Part shown: positions 1 through 7,120 of the stretch, piece by piece
How positions within the stretch are numbered: the first letter of the stretch is position 1
How the letters are laid out: each line of letters starts with the position of its first letter
Assembly (NCBI GenBank): GCA_949299135.1
Contig: CASFZG010000010.1
Location: 11,093-75,092, forward strand
Source: an uncultured Phascolarctobacterium sp.
Lineage (GTDB): Bacteria > Bacillota > Negativicutes > Acidaminococcales > Acidaminococcaceae
Direction: 5' to 3'
Length of the DNA stretch: 64,000 bases
The notes under the pieces: generated by a model
The model's database searches: none
What the model was told of the DNA's origin: nothing
Seen by the model: the letters and a program-made list of their open reading frames with translations, nothing else
Position numbers and translations under genes: made by a program

Positions 1-423
1 GCAGCAAACCGTATCCGGGATATCCGCCACGCGCTCTAAAAAGTCGATATGGGTAATATCATCCAGATTAATGGTCGCGTTCAGCTTGCGCGCCAGCTGA
101 AAATCCTCCGCCGGCGTATCGTTGGACGAAAACATAATCTCGTCGCCCTTAAAACCCACAGCGTCAGCCATAATCAGCTCGGTGTAAGACGAGCAGTCCG
201 CGCCGCATCCTTCTTCGTGCAGAATTTTTAAAATGCCCGGCGTCGGCGTAGCCTTAACCGCAAAATATTCCTTAAAGCCCTTGTTCCAGCTAAAAGCCTT
301 GTTTACACGGCGCGCGGTTTCGCGGATGCCTTTTTCATCATATAAATAAAACGGCGTCGCGTATTGGGACGCAATTTCTTCCAGTTTTTCCTTGGTAACA
401 AACGGTATTTTTTCAGCCATCAT
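1..423 (-). CDS. lysA: Diaminopimelate decarboxylase, N-terminal part (runs off the window start)
   Basis: Manual translation: MAEKIPFVTKEKLEEIASQYATPFYLYDEKGIR...FKEYFAVKATP...GADCSS..EL (fold-III PLP enzyme, FAVKA lysine motif). The start overlaps the upstream stop as TAATG. Missing from the ORF track because it is truncated. Confidence 0.85.
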   Translation of the reverse strand, partial: MMAEKIPFVTKEKLEEIASQYATPFYLYDEKGIRETARRVNKAFSWNKGFKEYFAVKATPTPGILKILHEEGCGADCSSYTELIMADAVGFKGDEIMFSSNDTPAEDFQLARKLNATINLDDITHIDFLERVADIPDTVCC

Positions 424-1121
424 TATTCACCTTTCTGCAATTCAATCAGTTTAATTTCGTTTTTCAGCGCGTCCTTAAACAAATCGACAAGGTTGCGCTT
501 GCAGGAATATAAACAGGTTGAATTGTCGCCGTCGTCCAAATCGCCCGTCAGCACCGTGTGCGAATCGGCAATAAGCCTGATTTGCGCCGACTGTTTTACG
601 GTGTTGTAGCAAATGGCACCCGGCAGTTGGAAATCACGCCCGGTAATAATTACCACCTTCAAGCCGCGGCTTAATGCTGTTTCAAGCTCGCTGCGCAAAA
701 GCTCCATCACAGCGGCGCTGGCCGATACGTAAATACGAGCCTGCGCGTTAAGCACCGTGTTTTGCAGTTTGCTGATGATTTCTGCATTGCCCTTGATGGT
801 AATATAACCTTCGGCTTCGTTCTGCACGCCCGGCAGCTCTTTTAAAAGTTCGTCGCGCTGCTCCGTAAGGCGGCGTATTTTGTTGTTGCAGAACTCCTCC
901 GGCGCTACCGGCGTGTAACGCGTCACTTTGCCTTCTTCCATTATATAGGCCGCGCCCTTTTCCACCAATCCGGCCAAAGCCGTATAAGTGTTGGAACGCG
1001 ATATACCAGTCTGCTTTGCGGCCTCGTAGCCCGTAAGGCGTCCGGCCTTGAGCAGTAGCAGGTATAAAGTTGCCTCCTGGCGTGTAAGGTTAAAGTGCAT
1101 CAAGCGTTCGGTGATTTCCAT
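423..1121 (-). CDS. TrmB-family transcriptional regulator
   Basis: N-terminal wHTH (LTRQEATLYLLLL...TGYEAAKQTGISRSNTYTAL..LVEKG) plus a TrmB C-terminal sugar-binding-like domain. The ATG at 1121 follows a GAGGGG RBS. Confidence 0.85.
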   Translation of the reverse strand: MEITERLMHFNLTRQEATLYLLLLKAGRLTGYEAAKQTGISRSNTYTALAGLVEKGAAYIMEEGKVTRYTPVAPEEFCNNKIRRLTEQRDELLKELPGVQNEAEGYITIKGNAEIISKLQNTVLNAQARIYVSASAAVMELLRSELETALSRGLKVVIITGRDFQLPGAICYNTVKQSAQIRLIADSHTVLTGDLDDGDNSTCLYSCKRNLVDLFKDALKNEIKLIELQKGE

Positions 1122-1269
1122 TCCCCTCATTCAGCCCCTTATATATTGTTCCTGTTCAAGAACACTATACTCTTTTTTCAAAAAGTTGTCAAGGGCTTAC
1201 TGAAAAAATATAAAAACAGCAGCGCCGCACATTATGCCGACACTGCTGTTCTTTTATTTCTCACAAGGC

Positions 1270-1533
1270 TTACGCAGATTTTTCTTCTTCGTCTTTATCA
1301 AGCTCTTTTTCTATCAGGGCATTTATTTCCGCAACGCTTAACGATTCTGTTCCGTCTTGTCTTTTATATTCTTCTTCAAGTATAACATTTGCAAGTTTTA
1401 AGACCTTGTCACGAGCCGCAAACGCTTTCGGATGCATTACTACAACTTCCGGCGTACCGTTTTTGGTAATATAAACAGGCTCACCGGTTCTGCGTGCCAA
1501 TTCAGCGATATATTTGTAATCAAAGCGCAGCAT
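1270..1533 (-). CDS. Phd/YefM-family antitoxin paralog (copy 2); homology extends upstream to an ATA at 1557
   Basis: IAELARRTGEPVYITKNGTPEVVVM is the Phd/YefM core. It aligns along its full length with the ORF at 1886-2152. Confidence 0.75.
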   Translation of the reverse strand: MLRFDYKYIAELARRTGEPVYITKNGTPEVVVMHPKAFAARDKVLKLANVILEEEYKRQDGTESLSVAEINALIEKELDKDEEEKSA

Positions 1534-1578
1534 CGTCGCCGGTTTTATATAAATTATCTTAAAATCCCCTTCCGACTT

Positions 1579-1896
1579 TTATCTTCTGGCAAAAATTTCA
1601 GGATATTCACTATCCTCGTGCGCAATGTGGTAAACATAAATTATGTCTTCTATCTTTTTGCAGATACAAATATATGCGCCGCTTCTGTAAAACCTGAAAT
1701 GGCGGCTGTTTAGCGGTTCGTACTTTATAACCTCTGCCGCCGGGTAAAACAATGCCAGTTCTTTCAAATCACGAATTATTTTTGTAATTATTTTATGCGC
1801 TTCCTCCTGCGGAATATTACGCCGCCAGTATGCGCAAATATTTTGCAAGTCATCGACTGCCCGCCGTAAAAATCTTACAGATGCCTTACCTGTCAT
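1579..1896 (-). CDS. RelE/ParE-superfamily toxin
   Basis: 105 aa, VRFLRRAVDDLQNI..Y......A.KII.KI...L..L..YP...FRFYRSGAYICI.K.....IYVYHIAH. Overlaps the upstream antitoxin. Confidence 0.75.
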   Translation of the reverse strand: MTGKASVRFLRRAVDDLQNICAYWRRNIPQEEAHKIITKIIRDLKELALFYPAAEVIKYEPLNSRHFRFYRSGAYICICKKIEDIIYVYHIAHEDSEYPEIFARR

Positions 1897-2152
1897 TAAA
1901 TTTTTTCAGCACAGCCTCCGCTTCTTCAATGCTTAAATCTCCCGCTTCCCGTAATCTTTCAAGATCCCCGCTTAACACAATATCAGAAAGCTTAATCACC
2001 TGTTCGCGCTCCTGAAACGCATCAAAATCCATCAAGACAAGTTCCGGAATATCTTTTCTGGTAATATAAACAGGCTCGCCGGTTTTACGTGCTAATTCAG
2101 CAATCCGGTTATAATCGGTGCGCAGACGTGTCGCCGGTTGAACTAAAGCCAT
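1886..2152 (-). CDS. Phd/YefM-family antitoxin (copy 1)
   Basis: QPATRLRTDYNRIAELARKTGEPVYITRKDIPELVLMDFDAF. A GGGAGG RBS precedes the ATG at 2152. Confidence 0.8.
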   Translation of the reverse strand: MALVQPATRLRTDYNRIAELARKTGEPVYITRKDIPELVLMDFDAFQEREQVIKLSDIVLSGDLERLREAGDLSIEEAEAVLKKFNDR

Positions 2153-2183
2153 GCCCATCCTCCCTTCTGTCATCAAAATTTCC

Positions 2184-2207
2184 TTCTCTGTCTTAATCGA
2201 CAGAGAA
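2184..2207. promoter_or_regulatory. Putative TA autorepression operator
   Basis: Perfect 9-bp inverted repeat TTCTCTGTC-ttaatc-GACAGAGAA just upstream of the antitoxin. Confidence 0.45.
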
Positions 2208-2373
2208 CAGGCAAGATTTTAACATGGATTCAATAGGTTTGTAAAGAGGTTTTATAAAAATTTTTATAAAATAACTCAGTATTTAGAGTCTTATTAACTA
2301 TTGTTTTGTGTTTTATAAAATATAATTAATGCTTTTGGTTGTACAAAAGCTCCTCTAATATTAAAAATTATAC

Positions 2374-2583
2374 TTGCTTTACTGTTTTAAATACATAAAA
2401 CACAGGATACAAAGAAAGCAAAAAAGTACACCCCCAAGCAGTACATATATCGTAAACAACCTAGCAACCATTCTCAATATCGGCCGCAGCTCGGTCTATA
2501 AACTGGTAAACTCCAGATTGTTCAAAGCAATACATATCTTCAAAAAGTCTTTTGAGGATTTGCTAAATGGGCAGAAGGGCTGA
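2374..2583 (+). pseudogene. Degenerate excisionase-like helix-turn-helix (HTH_17/Xis-type) gene
   Basis: TYIVNNLATILNIGRSSVYKLVNSRLFKAIHI-FKKSFEDLL resembles MerR-like Xis HTH proteins. It lacks the usual G..IRI segment and has no good RBS or start. Confidence 0.5.
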
Positions 2584-2680
2584 ACGAAAAAACTGAATTA
2601 AAAGTATAAGCGGCTGCAAAATAAACTCTGGCAGCCTCCTTATATTAAGCATTTACAAAACGTATATTTCCCATTTGTGT

Positions 2681-2709
2681 TTGCTGCTAAAAAGAACGTA
2701 TGATATAAA
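2681..2709 (+). promoter_or_regulatory. Sigma-A-type promoter of the methyltransferase operon
   Basis: TTGCTG-17 bp-TATAAA with an extended TG. Confidence 0.5.
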
Positions 2710-2744
2710 AATTATATTATTATTTGATGCCAGGAGGTGTAACC

Positions 2745-4178
2745 ATGCCATATAATGCAATAGATTTGTTTTCTGGATGCGGTGGAATGACAGAAGGTTT
2801 AATACACGCAGGTTTTCGTGTTATAGCTGCTGTTGAAATAGATAAATTTGCATCAGAAACCTATATAGCAAATCATAAACGGCATGGTGTAACACTATTT
2901 AAAACAGATATACGGAAACTTCAGCCGGAACAAATACATGCATTATTAGGTGGAGAGCCATTGCATTTGTTAGCTGGTTGCCCGCCGTGCCAAGGTTTTT
3001 CATCTCTTCGAAAAAAGAACAGAAAAAAATCATCAAAAGATTCGAGAAATAGTCTAATCTTAGAATATTATAGAATGGTTAAAGAACTTAAACCAATTTG
3101 TATAATGCTTGAAAATGTCCCCGGGATTGAAAATTATACTCTTTTTAAAAAAGTATTTTCTCAACTAAAAAAACTTAATTACAATCCGCAATACAAAATT
3201 GTAAATGTTGCGGACTATGGAGTTCCTCAAAGGAGAAAACGCCTAGTTATGACCGGGTCTTTGCTAGGCCCCATTGATATATCGGAAGGAAATTCCAGGC
3301 TTTTCACAGTTCGTGATTATATTGGAAATTTAGAAAATGTTGAAATGACAACCGACCCTGTTCATCGTCGGTATCCACACCACTCTGAAGCGGTAATGGA
3401 AAGAATCCGGCTTACTCCGCCTAATGGAGGAAGCCGACGAGATTTGCCGGATTGCTATACACTTAACTGTCATCGCAAAGAAGGTGTTGGATTTAACGAT
3501 ATATACGGAAGATTACGTTGGGATGATGTGTCTTCAACCATTACCGGCGGCTGTCTAAATCCCTCCAAAGGAAGATTTCTTCATCCAGAGGAAAATAGAT
3601 GCATTACTGCTAGAGAAGCAGCGCTTCTTCAAACTTTTAGGAAAACGTATATATTTCCGGAGGATATACCGCTTACACATCTATCGCTCATGATTGGAAA
3701 TGCACTTCCTCCGGTTTTTTGTGAAGCACAGTGTGCAAATATTCACAGAAAGTTAGATGAAATATTTATGTCTGATATTTTTGATGTAGATAAGCGATCC
3801 GAAATAATGAAGAAAATTAAAAATAAAAACACTACTCCTGAACTTTTTATCCGCAAAATATTAACATCGTTAGGATATAAATATCGCTTATCTACCAAAC
3901 AACTTAATTGTAAACCAGACATAATTTTTCCATCTAAAAAGAAAGTAATTTTTGTTAATGGATGCTTTTGGCACGGACATAATTGCAAACGAGGCTCTCT
4001 CCCAAAAACTAATCAAGAATTTTGGGAAAGCAAAATACATAAAAATATCATAAGAGATCAAAAAAATTATGAAGAATGCACGCAAAAAGGTTGGGACTAT
4101 TTAGTGATATGGCAATGTGAAATAAAGGTATCCAATGTTGAAAAATTGGAAAAACAACTTTCAAACTTCTTACAATAG
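2745..4178 (+). CDS. dcm-vsr: DNA (cytosine-5) methyltransferase fused in frame to a Vsr very-short-patch-repair endonuclease
   Basis: C5-MTase motifs: I DLFSGCGG, IV GCPPCQGFS, VI ENV, VIII QRRKR, IX ITAREAALLQTF, X IGNA. From Met at 3768, in the same frame: MSDIFDVDKRSEIM..IK.KNT.PEL...PDI.F...K.VIFVNGCFWHGH.C...PKTN.EFW..KI..N..RD...GW..LVIWQCE (Vsr). An AGGAGG RBS precedes 2745. Confidence 0.9.
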   Translation: MPYNAIDLFSGCGGMTEGLIHAGFRVIAAVEIDKFASETYIANHKRHGVTLFKTDIRKLQPEQIHALLGGEPLHLLAGCPPCQGFSSLRKKNRKKSSKDSRNSLILEYYRMVKELKPICIMLENVPGIENYTLFKKVFSQLKKLNYNPQYKIVNVADYGVPQRRKRLVMTGSLLGPIDISEGNSRLFTVRDYIGNLENVEMTTDPVHRRYPHHSEAVMERIRLTPPNGGSRRDLPDCYTLNCHRKEGVGFNDIYGRLRWDDVSSTITGGCLNPSKGRFLHPEENRCITAREAALLQTFRKTYIFPEDIPLTHLSLMIGNALPPVFCEAQCANIHRKLDEIFMSDIFDVDKRSEIMKKIKNKNTTPELFIRKILTSLGYKYRLSTKQLNCKPDIIFPSKKKVIFVNGCFWHGHNCKRGSLPKTNQEFWESKIHKNIIRDQKNYEECTQKGWDYLVIWQCEIKVSNVEKLEKQLSNFLQ

Positions 4179-4195
4179 CAGAAGGAGAGCACTTT

Positions 4196-6428
4196 ATGAC
4201 TAGCGCAAAAGTTTTAGAACAATATTTAACCGAAGAGCAACGGCTAGCTGTTCTTGACTCTCACAGAGATATTTTATGCTTGGCGAGGCGCAGATGTAAA
4301 TAATATTTTGAGTTTTCAAGAACGATATCCTGAAAGTAGTACCCACATTTTAAGCACAAATTTTCGAAGCACGGAGGCGATCGTTAAGACATCTGATGCA
4401 TTTATTCAGCAAGAGTTAAGTGCTGCTCGATATACCAAAAATCCCTCTTCCCATAGCGATGGAAACATACAAGATTTTCGATCTTTGTGGTTTGCTACAC
4501 GCGAAGATGAAGCATCTTGGGTTGCCCAAAGAATTCATGACCTTTTAGGTACAAAATATATAGAATATAACGCAGATGGAACAATAAGGGAAGAACGTGG
4601 ATTAACTCCTGCAGATTTCGCAGTGCTTTTTAGATCAATTAAACGGAGTTATAACCCTCAAAACCTTACCCATCGCCATGTCGAGTTTACAAATGCGCTT
4701 CGGGCAATGGGAGTTCCATATACTCTTGAAGCAGAAGGGGGAATTTTTGAACGTCCCCATGCTGTTGCAATACGCGATACTATGGAACTCCTACGTGAAC
4801 CTGCACCTACAAGAGAAAAAGTACGTTATCTGTTTGACCAAGAAATCTTGCCTAATTTTCCTCGTGCAGATTTTAATGAATTATCAAGAGTACTATCCGA
4901 CTGGAATTTACTCATACACACCCCCGCCGGAGGCGCTCGCAGAAAAGTTTACAAGAGTTACTTCATCAAATTTTGCAAGCATTTGGCTCCGAACGATACG
5001 ATTTTAGTGACATTGTTCTCCGTGATTTAGGAGTCTTTAGCAAAATAATTCTTGATATCGAAAAAGTATATGTAAAGCATAAACTCCCCGTCAAGATATC
5101 GGGAAATCCTAAATTTTCTGTCAAATATTGCTGAAACAGGATATGATGTAGGCACTATGGATGTTGTAGCCCGTCCTGATGCTGTTACAATATCTACGAT
5201 TCACAAAATGAAAGGATTGGAATATCCTGTTGTTTTCATCGTTGATGTTGTAAACCGCCGGTTTCCTGCAGACAAAAGTACTTACTCCAGGTGGCTGCCG
5301 GCAGAATTGATGAAAGAGCCTATACGGAGAGGAGCTTATTGCACGACACGTCAAGATGAAGCCAGACTATTTTATACAGCCATGACCCGGGCTAAACGCT
5401 TTTTGTATATTTCTGGAGCTGCTCAGCAACCAGATGCAAAAAGGCCTAAACGCCCCTCAGATTTTAAAGTACGCATTGATAATACGGGAATTTCAAGCGA
5501 TATAACTTTACCTGATAACCTTGAATATATTGACCAAAAACGCAGAATTGACGAAACAATATTGCCGACAAGCTATTCAGATATTAAGGAATATCTTATA
5601 TGTCCAATGGGTTACAAATTAAAAAAACTATTTGGATTTAATCCTGCTGTACCTGAATTGTTTGGATTCGGCTTAACTACGCATACAATTATTGAAAGGT
5701 TGCATCAGAAAAATCCCGGCAGGGCTCCTACGCCACAAGAGGTAACCGATTTGGTTGCATCCACTTTTCATCTTAAGCACATTTTCCAAAGCAATGATAC
5801 GCTCCATAATCCGGGTCCATATGAACGGGCATTTAACAGCGCTACAAAAATTGCTCAAAATTATGTCTCCTCTTTTGGACAAGACTTTGAAAGACTAAGA
5901 GAGGATGAGGCCAGATTTGAAATAACCATCGGACAAGCTATGGTCTCAGGAGCTATCGATTTATTGCTGAAACGAGATGAACATGGTAACATTTTGGATT
6001 CTCATGTCATTGACTTCAAATCTTTGGATGCGCCGGAAGATGATACACCAAATGATTGGATTGATTTATCGTTACAAGTTCAGCTATATGCCTATGCAGC
6101 CAATGAAGTCTTAGGCAAGAATGCAAAAACAGGATCAGTGCATTTATTAAAAGAACAGGATGTAAATGCAAGAGTTGATGTCCCAGTTACAGATTGTGCT
6201 ATATCTGCAGCTATTGATAATATTAACTGGGCCGTTGAACGCATACTAAAAAACGATTTTCCCATGCGGCCTTGCCGCAAAAAATGCGACCATTGTGATG
6301 TAAGACGAATCTGTCCCAAGGTTGCACAGAAATTTACTTCGGATGCGGTTCCCCCTCCTATACATGTTCCAACACAATCTGGTCAGGCTCAAATTAAGGC
6401 ATTTAGTGAGTTTGACGAGCAAGAATAG
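4196..6428 (+). pseudogene. UvrD/Rep (SF1A) helicase fused to a C-terminal PD-(D/E)xK RecB/AddB-type nuclease; disrupted
   Basis: The start MTSAKVLEQYLTEEQRLAVLDSHRDILCLA (Q-motif) jumps directly to YAWRGAD (motif III). Retained: LSTNFRS, AVLFRS, TIHKMKGLEYPVVF, EARLFYTAMTRAK. Nuclease motifs: SYSDI..Y..CP, GAIDLL, VIDFKS, QVQLYA, C..C..C.....C. Frameshifts at ~4950 and ~5075. Motifs I, Ia and II are absent. Confidence 0.85.
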
Positions 6429-6479
6429 CGAGTGTGTTTTAATTGTAATTCATTTTTGTTTATTTTATTCTTCTACAGC

Positions 6480-7064
6480 AGCCCCTTTCCAGGGGCTCTC
6501 TATTTTTTACTTACTTCTCAAACGGATCTACCAATTCTTTTAATACTAATTGATTATTAAGTTGGGCTTCCTGTAATTGTTCCGCTATGTAATTATTTAT
6601 TACTTTCTCGTTCCTCCTAACCCTATCTACTTAATAACCTTTACACCAAAACTATTTCTGCATTTATGTTTCAACTCCCTCATTTTTCATGTATCATCAA
6701 GCTGCTTTTCCCTTTGAGAAATCCCATAAACCACGATACTGCCATTTTAGGCGGTATTTCTACTACCCATATGCACATGATCAGGGCAAACTTCGGCTTC
6801 TATAATGTTTACGCCCTTTCATTTGCATAATTCTCTTAATATTTTACCTATTTCTAATTTCTTTTCTTCTATACTTTAGTGCAAACACTATATGGTATTT
6901 GCAGTTCTATTTTTTGTGTGATAAACTATGAATGTCTTTTATGACAAATTCCTCCTTTGATATTTTGCGATTGGCAGACCGCAAATTTATTTTATCAAAG
7001 GAAGAATTTTTATTACCTTTTCTTTATCGCTTAAGCTTTCCGGTACCCCGCGTCTAAAGCGAGG
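6480..7064 (-). mobile_element. Decayed IS200/IS605-family insertion sequence (IS200 type, tnpA only)
   Basis: A tnpA relic at 6511-6942 is flanked by hairpins AGCCCCT-ttcc-AGGGGCT (6480-6497) and CCCCGC-gtctaaa-GCGAGG (7046-7064). Confidence 0.8.
6511..6942 (-). pseudogene. tnpA: IS200-family Y1 (HUH) transposase pseudogene
   Basis: Manual translation across stops and frameshifts: (ATA)KDIHSLSHKK*NCKYHIVFALKYRRK..EI.KILRELCK*KGVNIIEAEVCPDHVHM.VEIPPKMAVSWFMGFLKGKSSLMIHEK...VDRVRRNEKVINNYIAEQL...KELVDPFEK*. Contains the HUH motif HVH and the catalytic Y. Confidence 0.85.
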
Positions 7065-7076
7065 TTTTCTATATAC

Positions 7077-7106
7077 AAAAATCCCCCGCTTTTAGCGGGG
7101 GATTTT
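7077..7106. terminator. Bidirectional intrinsic terminator
   Basis: AAAAATCCCCCGC-tttta-GCGGGGGATTTT. Confidence 0.75.
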
Positions 7107-7120
7107 GTTTTAACCGTAAA

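Noticed and set aside
2249-2270. TTTTATAAAAATTTTTATAAAA at the island's left edge as a possible att site
   Set aside because: Low-complexity AT sequence with no matching copy found at the right edge.
6322-6543. 73-aa plus-strand ORF at the end of the nuclease gene
   Set aside because: Out-of-frame overlap running into the IS200 right end; no coding signal.
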